DNA of 64,000 bases from an uncultured archaeon (lineage in GTDB: Archaea; Asgardarchaeota; Lokiarchaeia; Sigyniarchaeales; SOKP01). The position numbers and the translations under genes were made by a program. Where the stretch lies: the NCBI GenBank assembly GCA_964493715.1, contig CAZBPC010000002.1, positions 79,470 to 143,469 of the forward strand, in the 5' to 3' direction. The notes beneath the pieces are model-generated. The model did not search any database. It saw only the letters and a program-made list of their open reading frames with translations, and was not told the DNA's origin. Shown piece by piece: positions 43,769 to 54,480 of the stretch (the first letter of the stretch is position 1; each line of letters starts with the position of its first letter).

Positions 43769-45123
43769 ATTGTATATTTATTTCTCAATATTTCTATTAA
43801 ATGATCAATTTGAGCTTCTGCTAACCCAGTATATTGATGAGGATCCAATAAATCTTTCAATTCTTTTTCAGAGAATTTTTGCTTTATTTTAGAATTATTA
43901 CTTAAAATTTCTTCTATGAACTTATTTTCATTTATAGCATGCATTACAGCTTGTCTTAGTATTTCGTGTCCTTCTTGTCTTCCAATTCCTCGATTAACAA
44001 GTTCTAACATAATTTTTTCACTTAAACAAGCCCCTTTAGTAAGATTTAAATTTTTTTCTACGTTAATTTCGTTAAATTCAACTCCTTGAAGAATTGAAAT
44101 CATCTGTTGAATAATATAGTCTAAAAGTATGAAATTTTCAGCAAAAATTATTCGTTCATTGGCTGAATTCGTAAGATCCCTTTCATCCTCTAAAATAATG
44201 TTATCTAAAGCAGGAATAACGTTAGATTTTAACACTCTCGCCAAACTACAAATTCTTTCCGATTTATGAGGATTTCTTTTGTGAGGCATTGTTGAACTAC
44301 CTACTTGACTTTTCTTGAACGGTTCAAACATTTCAGCAATTTCATTTCTTTGAAGGATACGAAATTCTCTGGCTATTTTTGCTATAGATTGACCAATTAA
44401 TGATGTTAATATAATTACTTCAGCATGACGGTCTCTTTGTATTATTTGATTTGCGATTAGAACAGCATTTAAATCAAGAAGTTGCATTAATTTTGTTTGT
44501 AATTTAATGCCTTTTTCTCCAAAGCTTGCCATTGTTCCCACTGCTCCAGACATTTTTCCAAAAGATATTCTTTCTAAAATTTGCTCTAATCGATCAAGAT
44601 GCCTACTTATTTCATAAGCCCAAACTCCAAATCGCATCCCATAAGTGGTAGGAATAGCATGTTGTCCATGAGTTCTTCCAATACATACCAAATTTTTTTT
44701 TTCTTCAGCTATCTTTACAATTACCATTAATAATTTGGTTAATGATTTCTTAATGTAGGTTAAAGCCTCTCGAAGTTGTAAAGCTGTAGCTGTATCCTCA
44801 ATATCATAGCTAGTTGCCCCTAAATGGATGTATTTACCTGCATTTCCTTCACATTGCTCTGTTAAAGCTTTAACCATCGCCATTAAATCATGATGAATTT
44901 CATCATCAATTTCTTTGACTCTTTCAAGTTTAACGTATTTCAAGTTAGCCTTTTTATTAATCTCTTCTGCTATTTTTAAAGGAATGATATTCAATTGGGC
45001 ATTAACGGTCGCTAAAACAGCTTCAATTTTTAGCCAATTTTTTAATTTAGTCTCCTCCGTAAAAATTGAAGCAATATCGGTTCGGTATCGATTTTCAATT
45101 GGATTTACAAATTGATGATTCAT
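43765..45123 (-). CDS. purB: Adenylosuccinate lyase
   Basis: HLGATSYD, GRTHGQHA and GSSTMPHKRNP. Confidence 0.95.
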   Translation of the reverse strand: MNHQFVNPIENRYRTDIASIFTEETKLKNWLKIEAVLATVNAQLNIIPLKIAEEINKKANLKYVKLERVKEIDDEIHHDLMAMVKALTEQCEGNAGKYIHLGATSYDIEDTATALQLREALTYIKKSLTKLLMVIVKIAEEKKNLVCIGRTHGQHAIPTTYGMRFGVWAYEISRHLDRLEQILERISFGKMSGAVGTMASFGEKGIKLQTKLMQLLDLNAVLIANQIIQRDRHAEVIILTSLIGQSIAKIAREFRILQRNEIAEMFEPFKKSQVGSSTMPHKRNPHKSERICSLARVLKSNVIPALDNIILEDERDLTNSANERIIFAENFILLDYIIQQMISILQGVEFNEINVEKNLNLTKGACLSEKIMLELVNRGIGRQEGHEILRQAVMHAINENKFIEEILSNNSKIKQKFSEKELKDLLDPHQYTGLAEAQIDHLIEILRNKYTI

Positions 45124-45254
45124 AATTTCAATTTAACATTAAATAATTTCGATAATTAAAGTAATCTCCAATCTTTTAATACTTTTTGGCTGGTAAGATA
45201 ATAAACTTGATTTGATTCAATAAATCAGGATAAATTTACAAAATTAAAAGAATT

Positions 45255-45947
45255 TTAGAGTGAATTACTGCTAGTTAATAATACCATTATGTAATCAGCT
45301 ACTGATTCAATAGAATCTGATATCGCTTCTAATATATCAAACACGTTCCCGACTGTAAAGATCGTGAAGAAGTTAACTTTATATTCCGTATCTTGAAGAC
45401 TCTTCCGCAATCTAATATTGAGAAGATCAACAGCGTGTTCTTTTTGGTTAATCTGGGTAGTATATTCTTTAACATGTTCTCTATCTTTAAGAAGGTCTAT
45501 CAATATTTTATCTAAGAATACTGAGCATTCAACGGTAATATCCATTATTTCTAAGATAATATCTATTGTTTCGTCACTGCTTTGTTCCCAAAAAATAAAT
45601 GGAATAGTGACTATCCTACGAGCAACTCCTGTGCAACAATTTGCAACATCATCCATTCTTTTAACTAAATGGGAAAGATTTTGCCTTACACTGGGATTTA
45701 ATTCTCCGCGAGAGACATCTTTTTGTATCTTTCTTCTAAGAACGTCTGCTTCTTTTTCGAGATTATCAACATTTTGCAGAATTTTGTGAGATTTTTCCTC
45801 TTCCTTTTCTCTCAATAACAATTTTAAACCATTATTCAATTCCTTGACACACTCTTGAACTATCTGAGCGTGTTTTATCGACTTTTCTAATGCATTCAGT
45901 GTTGTTTCTCGTTTCAAAAATTCTATTAACGAACCCATTTTTTTCAC
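45255..45947 (-). CDS. DUF47/PhoU-like phosphate transport regulator
   Basis: LEKEADVLRR, MDDVAN, KEHAVD and ISDSIESVAD; next to PiT. Confidence 0.85.
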   Translation of the reverse strand: MKKMGSLIEFLKRETTLNALEKSIKHAQIVQECVKELNNGLKLLLREKEEEKSHKILQNVDNLEKEADVLRRKIQKDVSRGELNPSVRQNLSHLVKRMDDVANCCTGVARRIVTIPFIFWEQSSDETIDIILEIMDITVECSVFLDKILIDLLKDREHVKEYTTQINQKEHAVDLLNIRLRKSLQDTEYKVNFFTIFTVGNVFDILEAISDSIESVADYIMVLLTSSNSL

Positions 45948-46006
45948 TTCCCTTCTATCTTAATTTTATAATCATATCTTTTATAACTTATGATTTGAAA
46001 ATTTTC

Positions 46007-47050
46007 CTAAATAAAACCTATTGATATTGATCCAAAATATAATAATCCTGCCATGATCGCTGCAATAGGAAATGTAAGAACCCAATAGATTGCCATTCTG
46101 CCAAGCCCCTTGGTATCGACTTCTTTCTTTTGAGCGAGAGTTAAGCCTATAATGCAAAATACAATCACATGACTATGAGATATTGGTAAACTTAGTAATG
46201 TTGCAATCATAAGTATAATTGCGGAACTTGTTTGAATGACCAATCCTTCACTTGGACGGGAATCAGTCATTTGAGAAGCTAAATTTTTTATTACATAGCG
46301 AGCAGCAATATAAATTCCTAAGAATGCAAAAATTCCGCATGATATAGCATATAAAAAATATTGATCGACCCCAATCGAACCATTATCTAGCAAACCATAT
46401 AGAATTCCCAATGCTTCACCAGAATTTGCCCCCACCCATATTTCTGCGAATATCACCGCAACGAGAAGAATCCACTTGAAATATTGTTCTGACGTTTCAA
46501 TTTGATTAAGGCCCTTTAATCGTTTAAGATATACTTTTGTAATAATTTTAAAAATTAAATAAGTAATTATTAGTCCAGATATCGGAGATATGAACCAGCT
46601 AAGTATTACATTACCTAATTTCTCCCAATTAAAGGCTGTTTGAGGATCCACCCCTCCTTGAAAGATCGAATAAGTAATAACTACTCCAAAGACGCTACCT
46701 ATTAAAGCGTGCGTGCTACTAAGAGGCATTCCAGCAAAGCTACCGATAACCAACCATAAAATGCTACTAATTAATACGGTTAAAAGCATGCTAGTAGTAT
46801 AAACAAGCCCTTCTCCTAAAATATCAGATCCCACTGTTTTTGCTACAAATCCCCCGCTAGTTGAGATCATTCCTCCTCCAATTGCCATCCCCCCAATAAT
46901 TAGAGCTAATCTAAATTTTATTACTCCAGTACCAACTAAGGCAGATAATGTTTCATCATTCGCACCTATAGAAAATGCCAATGCAATAGCAAGAACGATT
47001 AAAACAATAATGATAATCTGATCTATCCCATCTGCCAATTTTATCCCCAA
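46007..47050 (-). CDS. pit: PiT-family inorganic phosphate transporter
   Basis: IGANDE, PLSSTH, GANS and PISHSH. Confidence 0.9.
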   Translation of the reverse strand: MGIKLADGIDQIIIIVLIVLAIALAFSIGANDETLSALVGTGVIKFRLALIIGGMAIGGGMISTSGGFVAKTVGSDILGEGLVYTTSMLLTVLISSILWLVIGSFAGMPLSSTHALIGSVFGVVITYSIFQGGVDPQTAFNWEKLGNVILSWFISPISGLIITYLIFKIITKVYLKRLKGLNQIETSEQYFKWILLVAVIFAEIWVGANSGEALGILYGLLDNGSIGVDQYFLYAISCGIFAFLGIYIAARYVIKNLASQMTDSRPSEGLVIQTSSAIILMIATLLSLPISHSHVIVFCIIGLTLAQKKEVDTKGLGRMAIYWVLTFPIAAIMAGLLYFGSISIGFI

Positions 47051-47058
47051 GAAGACAA

Positions 47059-47733
47059 TTATTTGAATATTAAATATTTAACAGCAAGAAATTGGATGTA
47101 TTCTGAAAAATTTTTAATGTGATCCGCTAACATCATAATATCTCCAACCATATCTTTGAGATACAGAAAAGTTCTTGATAGATAATCCATATCATAATGA
47201 TATAACCTTTGAATTAGTTGAAATTCAAGCTTGCGCATTTTTCTTCTTTCTTCTTTTATTTCCTCACATATGTCATGAGCTTTTTTCAAATCAGTTCCTA
47301 TTAAATTTACAGAAGTTGCTAGATCATTTGAAATGAATTTTAATGATTCGAGAATACGAGATACTCGTAACTTAAATTCATCGTCAGGAAAGATTATACG
47401 ATATACAAGCATCCTGTTAGCCATATATTCCGCGATAGTTTTTATATCATTGATTTTATTGAATAACTTGAGGCGATCTGCTTTTGAAAACATTAATTTT
47501 GATGTGAATATCTTGGATTCAAACACTTTCTTAACTTGAACTTCTGTTGTGGTTTCGATTACAAAAGTCATATTCTTTTTAAAATGTTCATAATTTTCTT
47601 CAATTAGATACTCAATACCTTCAATTAATATGAAATTCTGTTTATTAATAATATCCATGAATAAGTGAGTTAACTCATCAATGCTCTTTTTCTTCAATTC
47701 ATTTTCTTCATATTCTTGTACCATAAAAATCAC
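47059..47733 (-). CDS. Divergent DUF47/PhoU-like protein
   Basis: Helical bundle pattern, LADHIKNFSE, and operon context. Confidence 0.6.
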   Translation of the reverse strand: MIFMVQEYEENELKKKSIDELTHLFMDIINKQNFILIEGIEYLIEENYEHFKKNMTFVIETTTEVQVKKVFESKIFTSKLMFSKADRLKLFNKINDIKTIAEYMANRMLVYRIIFPDDEFKLRVSRILESLKFISNDLATSVNLIGTDLKKAHDICEEIKEERRKMRKLEFQLIQRLYHYDMDYLSRTFLYLKDMVGDIMMLADHIKNFSEYIQFLAVKYLIFK

Positions 47734-47892
47734 CTACATTAAACTATAAAAAATAATTGTAAGTAAATTAATGCCGTTTTTTATTATTAATACAAAAATA
47801 TGCTAAATATTTTTGGATTTCTAGGTTTAAATTCAAAATCAATAAAACTATCTTAACTTATAATTCAGGATTGAGAAAAAAAAATAAAAAAG

Positions 47893-48576
47893 TTAACCTC
47901 GTTTAGCTGCTGTTAGCATAATAATATAGTCAGCGACATCTTCAGCATTATCTGTTATCGTTTCGAGAGCATCAATACAATCATGAATTTCTATAGCTGT
48001 AAAAGCATTTTCTATTGGATTATTTGATACTAATAATCTGTTTATTGCAAAATGTAATTCATCACATTGATGTTCTAATCTATTTACCTCCTCTCCCAAT
48101 CTATGAATTTCAACATCTTCTGAGGAGATCAATTTATTTACCATAAGATTTAGCTTTTTAATAGCAGTTACAGAAATTCTAACAATTTCAAGCATTTTTT
48201 GATGAACATCATTTTCCAATTTTTGAAATGCAGTTTGATCTAAATATATTAAAATTCTAGCTGAAGCATTTGTTGCATTAGCAATATCATCAATTCTGTT
48301 GGCTAACTGAGTTAAGTTTTGGTGTACTCTTGTTGGCAATTCCGCTTTTGAAAGCATATTAAGTATATTTCTTCTAATACCATCCGCTTGGTGTTCTAAT
48401 TCCGTGACTCGAAAAAGAACCTTCAGAGCAAGATCTATGTTTTTTTCCTCAATCAAATAAGATAATGCTTTTTCAAACTCGACAACACATTCTAAAACCT
48501 TTTGCATGTGTACGAAAATTTTATTTATGGCACTTTCCTCGTTTCGAGATTTAAACCATTCAAATAAAGAACTCAT
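47893..48576 (-). CDS. DUF47/PhoU-like phosphate transport regulator
   Basis: LEHQADGIRR, LEHQCD and ITDNAEDVAD. Confidence 0.87.
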   Translation of the reverse strand: MSSLFEWFKSRNEESAINKIFVHMQKVLECVVEFEKALSYLIEEKNIDLALKVLFRVTELEHQADGIRRNILNMLSKAELPTRVHQNLTQLANRIDDIANATNASARILIYLDQTAFQKLENDVHQKMLEIVRISVTAIKKLNLMVNKLISSEDVEIHRLGEEVNRLEHQCDELHFAINRLLVSNNPIENAFTAIEIHDCIDALETITDNAEDVADYIIMLTAAKRG

Positions 48577-48617
48577 TATTTTCCTCCATTTTTTCTTTTA
48601 TTAAATTTATTTAAATT

Positions 48618-49838
48618 TTATTCTAATTTTAGGATATTAGCTATTTCTTCTTTTCCTGGGTTCTTAACTATAATTCCTAATTCCTTAGGGAAATATACAG
48701 TCACATCCAGATCTTCATTAAAGGTCTCATGAATTTCACTACTAGCAGGAATAGTTACGATTATGATTTTCTCAAAATTAGTAAATTTTACTAATACTTC
48801 GAATCTATAAAATACTCCCATAAATTTACGACGAATTATTTTCCCAAATAATGCATTATTTTTCTGATTAAGCCGATTACCCAATCTTATCTTCATATGA
48901 TTTGCTCGAACCAATAATAATACATTTTCCTGATCAGTTTCTTCACAAAATGATTTATGTACGTATGCGGCAAATTTATTCTCCAGTCCGATATCAATTA
49001 ATTTTGGCACCGAATCTTCTTGTATTTTCTGAAAAAATTTATCTCCTCTCTTAGATTTTCTATAAATATCCCAGGGTAGCTCTATATTTTTTAAACAATT
49101 ACCCTCAAAATAATTGATTTCACTCATAAAATTAGCAACAAAGAGGTTTTTGGGACGGTAATAAATTTCATCTGGCGTTCCAACTTGAACGATTTGACCA
49201 TTATTAATAATAGCTATTCTATCCGCAACCATCATTGCTTCTTCTTCCTCATTAGTAACATGGATAACAGTGAGTCCTAATTGCTCAGATTTAGCCATTA
49301 ATAATAATTCTCTCCTTAAATTCATTCTAAGCCCTGCATCTAACGCTTTCAATGGCTCATCCAGAATTAATAGCTTGCTTTGTTCTAGATTCATTAATGC
49401 ACGACATAGAGCCACACGCTGTTTCATACCTCCACTCATTTCTTCTGGGAATGCATTGTTTCTTCCAGTTAGAAGAGTCATCATTAAAACTTGATCTACA
49501 ATCATTTTCGTTTGATCAATATCTCTAGCATTTACTCTGCCACTATAAGAAATATTGTCATAGATATTCATATGAGGAAATAATGCATAATTTTCAAACA
49601 TAAATCCTAAATTTCTTTCTTCTGGAGATAACGTTGATGCATTTTTTTCATCAAAATAAATATTGCCAGAATCTGGTTTTATAAGCCCTGCAATAACCTT
49701 TAATAATGTCGTTTTTCCTGCACCCGTGGGTCCAAGAAGAATAAAATATTCTTTATCTTTAATTTCTAGATTAATATTATCAAGTGCATTGAAATTTCTA
49801 AAAGATTTAGACACATTTTCTAATTTAATACTTACCAC
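48618..49838 (-). CDS. ABC transporter ATP-binding protein (MalK/PotA-like)
   Basis: GPTGAGKT, MSGGMKQR and ILDEP. Confidence 0.9.
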   Translation of the reverse strand: MVSIKLENVSKSFRNFNALDNINLEIKDKEYFILLGPTGAGKTTLLKVIAGLIKPDSGNIYFDEKNASTLSPEERNLGFMFENYALFPHMNIYDNISYSGRVNARDIDQTKMIVDQVLMMTLLTGRNNAFPEEMSGGMKQRVALCRALMNLEQSKLLILDEPLKALDAGLRMNLRRELLLMAKSEQLGLTVIHVTNEEEEAMMVADRIAIINNGQIVQVGTPDEIYYRPKNLFVANFMSEINYFEGNCLKNIELPWDIYRKSKRGDKFFQKIQEDSVPKLIDIGLENKFAAYVHKSFCEETDQENVLLLVRANHMKIRLGNRLNQKNNALFGKIIRRKFMGVFYRFEVLVKFTNFEKIIIVTIPASSEIHETFNEDLDVTVYFPKELGIIVKNPGKEEIANILKLE

Positions 49839-49856
49839 TTCGATTACTCTCCGTTT

Positions 49857-51002
49857 TTAAGATAAAGATAATTCATTGAATAGATTTTCTGGAGCTTTAA
49901 AAACATGTATATCACTCTGATGAACTCCTATAATCAGTTCATCGCCTTTTTGGTAATTCTCTTCATAATTTCCCGGTTTTATAGATATAAATTGATCTCT
50001 ATTATCTAAGCTTAAATAAAAGCGCTTAGTTGCACCTACAAATCTAGAAGAATCTAAATATGCTTTAAAAAATTGCATTTTTGACCAATCATAATGACTA
50101 CCTTCAAAATCATAATTTTTAGGGAATAAATAAACATCTTCATATCTAAAAGCGACTAAAATATTATCATCTAAATTAAACTTATTTTGTTTATTTTCAC
50201 ATAACATTTTTGGACCTCCTAAACGAATCCAAACTTGCATATAATTCTCTTCTAATAACTTTAAAACAAATCCTTGAAGGAAATTTGTCTCACCTAAAAA
50301 ATTTGCTACAAAGATGCTATTTGGGGCTTCATATAATTCATAAGGAGATCCCATTTGAAGGATTTTACCAGCTCGCATAACAATTATTTTATCCGCGATT
50401 GCCATAGCTTCTTCTTGATTGTGTGTGACATGAATAGCCGTTAATCCTAAATCTTTGATAAGATTTCTCAATTCATGACGAAAAACCTTAGAAACTTTTG
50501 GATCCAAGGATCCCAATGGTTCATCCATAATCAGTATTTTTGCTCCCGTTGCAATTGCTCGCGCTATTCCTAATTTTTGTAAGCCTGGGTTTCCAAAAAT
50601 TGAAGGAAATTCATCCGCATAATTCAATAATCCAACAGTTTCCAATGCTTTTTGAGCTTTCTTTATAATATAACTTTCTTCATAACCTCGCATTTCTAAT
50701 CCAAAAGTTACATTCTCCCAAACTGTAAGATGGTGAAAAATTTCAAAATTCTGGAAGATAAAACCCATATCCCGATCTTCGGGAGAAATTCCATCGACAT
50801 CCTTATCATCTATTAAGATTTTTCCTTTTACTGGTTTTTCTAACCCTGCTATCATTCTTAAGGTAGTAGTTTTTCCACATCCACTAGGTCCAAGTAAAAA
50901 CACATAATCTCCATTTTCAATTGTAAAGGAGATATTATCTACAGCTAAAACTTTTCCCTCATCAAATGTCATTGTAATATTAATTAATTTAATTGTTGGC
51001 AA
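49857..51002 (-). CDS. ABC transporter ATP-binding protein with degenerate signature
   Basis: GPSGCGKT, IMDEP and VTHNQ. Signature reads FGNPG. Confidence 0.9.
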   Translation of the reverse strand: MPTIKLINITMTFDEGKVLAVDNISFTIENGDYVFLLGPSGCGKTTTLRMIAGLEKPVKGKILIDDKDVDGISPEDRDMGFIFQNFEIFHHLTVWENVTFGLEMRGYEESYIIKKAQKALETVGLLNYADEFPSIFGNPGLQKLGIARAIATGAKILIMDEPLGSLDPKVSKVFRHELRNLIKDLGLTAIHVTHNQEEAMAIADKIIVMRAGKILQMGSPYELYEAPNSIFVANFLGETNFLQGFVLKLLEENYMQVWIRLGGPKMLCENKQNKFNLDDNILVAFRYEDVYLFPKNYDFEGSHYDWSKMQFFKAYLDSSRFVGATKRFYLSLDNRDQFISIKPGNYEENYQKGDELIIGVHQSDIHVFKAPENLFNELSLS

Positions 51003-52668
51003 GTATTTTTCTCCTCCTCGTAGTTACTGCTCTCAATGCGAAAATCAAGACTGCACTAAAAATTATTACTACTGTACTAGCAAAAATTGCACTTGCAATA
51101 TTATTAGCTTCAACCCAATCTACAATTAATACCGGAATAGTTCTAATATTTCCCATTACAACGATAGTGGCACCTGTTTCTCCCAATGATCGCGTGAATA
51201 CCATTATGCATCCGGCAATAATTCCTTGTTTAATATTTGGAACGGTAATTTTCCTAAAAACTGTCATATTAGACGCTCCTAACGTTCTAGCGGCTTCTTC
51301 TATCCCAGCATCAGAATTTTTTAAAACACCAATGACTGGTCTCACCATATAGGGGAATGTGAATGTCACGTGAACAAATAATATCATAAAAAACCCAGGT
51401 TGGAATAAACCAATCCCTGCAGGTCCCCAAAATAAGAAAATAGCAAACCCTAAAGCTGCTGAAGGAATTGCTATAGGTAGATCCAGTATCGTATCTAGAA
51501 TCGTAATAATCCTTCCCCAATTACGTTTAGTTATAATAAACGCAAAAGGAATTCCAAAAACCAAATTAATTATAACTGCTAGAGCTCCTATTTCTATTGA
51601 ACTCATCAGACTTGTGTAAAGATAAACCCATTTATAATCTTGTCCTAAGAATAATTCTTTAAATAAGTTTCCTTCAGTTATTTGGCTAATAATGTAAAAT
51701 GAAGGTATAAGTATTACAAAAATTAGAATGCTAATAGTTAAAATGTCTCTCAAATTTCTCAAAGTTTTATGACTTAAACTTCTCTCTAATTTTGGCCATA
51801 CTTTTCTTACCGTAAAACTTCCTCTTCTTGAGAAAAACTTAATGGAAAATAACAAGCTTATAGAAATAGCAATCAAGATTCCAGCTAGTAATGAAGCACT
51901 AGGAAGCTCTAATTGTCTTCGAAACCCAACAATTAAAATGGGTGCCGTTTCAACTAAACCTGAAAGAATAAGTGTAGCTCCCGTTTCACCAAGACTTCTC
52001 GTAAAAGCGAGAATAGCACCTGCTATTAAACCTTCTCTCATCATTGGTAGTGTAATTGTTCTGAACACTGTGAATCCTGATGCCCCAAGAGTTCTAGCAG
52101 CATCCTCATAAATTACAGCAGCTTGTTCTAAGACAATTTTCATGTTTCTTACGATATATGGAAAAGTGAATACGATATGACCAAGAATTATTAGAACCAT
52201 GCCAGGACTTACCCCAAATATCCCCCAAAATAATAAAACTGAAAAACCTAAAGCACTCGTTGGTACAGCCATGGGTAAATCAACTAGCGCATCAAGAAAT
52301 TTCTTTCCTTTAAAATCATATCTGGTCAAAATTATCGCAGTAGGAAAAGCGATGATAATGTCGACGATTACTGCAATAGTAGCTATCGAGAAAGATGCTC
52401 CTAAAGATTTTAAAATATTCATCCATTGGAGATCTCCAATTAATTCATCATTAAAGACGTCCTTATATATGGAAGGAATGTTTAAAAAAATTGTAGAGAA
52501 TATGTTAATTATTGGTCCTATTATAACTAAAATAAAGAAAATAATTGTTATTGTATCTAGACTCTTTCGATAAATTGGTTTGGAAAAGAAGCGATCAAAT
52601 TTTAAACTGAATGGGACACGGAGATTATTCAACTCTTGGTCTTCCAACACTTTTTTTAACTCACTCAA
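50989..52668 (-). CDS. ABC transporter permease (two fused TMDs; FbpB/ModB-like)
   Basis: Two EAA loops (EDAARTLGA and EEAARTLGA) and two RSLGETGAT motifs. Confidence 0.9.
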   Translation of the reverse strand: MSELKKVLEDQELNNLRVPFSLKFDRFFSKPIYRKSLDTITIIFFILVIIGPIINIFSTIFLNIPSIYKDVFNDELIGDLQWMNILKSLGASFSIATIAVIVDIIIAFPTAIILTRYDFKGKKFLDALVDLPMAVPTSALGFSVLLFWGIFGVSPGMVLIILGHIVFTFPYIVRNMKIVLEQAAVIYEDAARTLGASGFTVFRTITLPMMREGLIAGAILAFTRSLGETGATLILSGLVETAPILIVGFRRQLELPSASLLAGILIAISISLLFSIKFFSRRGSFTVRKVWPKLERSLSHKTLRNLRDILTISILIFVILIPSFYIISQITEGNLFKELFLGQDYKWVYLYTSLMSSIEIGALAVIINLVFGIPFAFIITKRNWGRIITILDTILDLPIAIPSAALGFAIFLFWGPAGIGLFQPGFFMILFVHVTFTFPYMVRPVIGVLKNSDAGIEEAARTLGASNMTVFRKITVPNIKQGIIAGCIMVFTRSLGETGATIVVMGNIRTIPVLIVDWVEANNIASAIFASTVVIIFSAVLIFALRAVTTRRRKILANN

Positions 52669-52691
52669 AATATCACCATTATTGTAGCCTA

Positions 52692-53813
52692 TTAAGAGGT
52701 GGCTTTACATAGCAACCATAAATCGGGTATTTTCAATAGTACAGTTCCATCATTTGGAGCTACTAGCTCAGGAACAGTGATGTTAAAAGCTATACCGTTA
52801 TTTTCATAATTAAAAACGTTAGGATCTAATGGTATAGATGTATCAATTGGACGAAAACCATATTCCATGGCTGATTCAATCGTACTCGTTTGATTTAAAT
52901 AATCTAAAAAAGCATCTGCAACCATTCTTTGATCTGGAGTAACCCAGTCACCATTTAATATACAAAAGGGATGATCACTATACAAAGTACCTTCTTCAGG
53001 ATAAATCGCAATAATTTTGCCTCCCTCTGCTGTACTTGAAATATCTCTTATTAAATTTTCATAAAGAAAAACTACATTTAATTCAGAAGGTCCTTGAGTT
53101 TTCATATAACTTGCTAAAAAGCCAGTAGATTTTCCATATATGATCGCACTTGACTCGAAATCTTTTAACCATTGCTGATTACTTATATTTGTAAGATCAT
53201 TCATTGTAAGATTTTCTGAGGAAGTACCCGAAGCAGCAGAAATAGCCATGATAACACTCATAAATCCTGAGTTTGATAATCTTGGATCTGTGTGTGCCAT
53301 TTTCACATCAATATTTGGGTTCAAATTTAAATTGCGCAAATCTGAAAGGCTCTTGATATTATAAGTTAGATTGAATGATTCCCAAGTGGCGATTACTATA
53401 GGTGAATAAATTATCCTAACTACTCCATCTGAATCTACGATAGACGCATCTCCCGTCAATTCATTCCACTTAGTATTTAAGAAAGGTATCCAAATTGAAC
53501 TTGCTGGGCTCCAAATCGTTGGGAAAATCTCACCATTTAAAATACTAATTATTGAATCAGAAGATCCATAAGGATACATATCAACTTTTATCTTAATATC
53601 CGGATTATTAATTTCCCATTCATTTATAAAATTACTATAAGCAGCCGTCATCCAGCTTGCTTTCTCTGAACTATAAACAATGCTAATATGAATTGCATCT
53701 TCTCCACTTTGTAAAACTAGAGTAGTGGATAATGCACCAATAAAAAAACCTAAAATAAAAATTAAAATATATATCCCTTTCTTTTTTTTTTTAACTTTAC
53801 GGTTAAATGACAT
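52692..53813 (-). CDS. ABC substrate-binding protein
   Basis: N-terminal anchor, YSSEK, WSPASS, TDPRLSNSG, IYPEEGT and GFRP. Confidence 0.85.
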   Translation of the reverse strand: MSFNRKVKKKKKGIYILIFILGFFIGALSTTLVLQSGEDAIHISIVYSSEKASWMTAAYSNFINEWEINNPDIKIKVDMYPYGSSDSIISILNGEIFPTIWSPASSIWIPFLNTKWNELTGDASIVDSDGVVRIIYSPIVIATWESFNLTYNIKSLSDLRNLNLNPNIDVKMAHTDPRLSNSGFMSVIMAISAASGTSSENLTMNDLTNISNQQWLKDFESSAIIYGKSTGFLASYMKTQGPSELNVVFLYENLIRDISSTAEGGKIIAIYPEEGTLYSDHPFCILNGDWVTPDQRMVADAFLDYLNQTSTIESAMEYGFRPIDTSIPLDPNVFNYENNGIAFNITVPELVAPNDGTVLLKIPDLWLLCKATS

Positions 53814-53837
53814 AATATATTACCGATTCTAACTAGG

Positions 53838-53951
53838 TTATATAAAAGATCTAATATAATTATCAATTAAAGCGAAAATAACACCAATAAGCATTCCAAA
53901 TGTTAAAATCAAAAAATATATAATCACTCGTTTCATTGGAATATCCAACAT
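53838..53951 (-). CDS. 37-aa single-helix membrane protein
   Basis: MLDIPMKRVIIYFLILTFGMLIGVIFALIDNYIRSFI*, directly upstream of the binding-protein gene. Confidence 0.45.
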   Translation of the reverse strand: MLDIPMKRVIIYFLILTFGMLIGVIFALIDNYIRSFI

Positions 53952-54140
53952 TCACTCTTTCTAATTAAAAAAAAATATTTAATACATCCGTTTGGATAAA
54001 ATCTACAAATATCTATAATATTTACCAATATTAATCATATAGTTATATATATTCTATATATGCTTCGTTAATAATTTAAAAATCAATAATTTAAGAAACT
54101 GACCTTGATTATTAATTTTAGGATATAGTATAATTAAATT

Positions 54141-54392
54141 ATGGTGAAGTTTTTTTTCTTCCGTTGTTATCATTGCGGTGAATGGTATTATAGCAATAAA
54201 ATCATTAAATCCAAGAAATGTTGGAAATGTAACAGAACTTTTCAATTCAAAAATGCAATTAATGTATCACGCAGTTGTTCCATTAACGAAGCAATCTCGA
54301 TAATAAAACAATTAAAAGGAAAGGGAGAGATGGAATCACTTTCAACATTTGTCTTACGTGCTGAAAACATTACTAAGGGCAAAAATGAGTAA
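54141..54392 (+). CDS. Small Zn-ribbon protein (DUF1922-like)
   Basis: FRCYHCG..KKCWKCN. Confidence 0.65.
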   Translation: MVKFFFFRCYHCGEWYYSNKIIKSKKCWKCNRTFQFKNAINVSRSCSINEAISIIKQLKGKGEMESLSTFVLRAENITKGKNE

Positions 54393-54480
54393 AAAACAAA
54401 AAAGCTTTATTTCTTCACTCCTTTTTAAAGTATACTTATTGTTCTTATTTCCAGTAAATTACTTAATTTAAAGCGAGATA

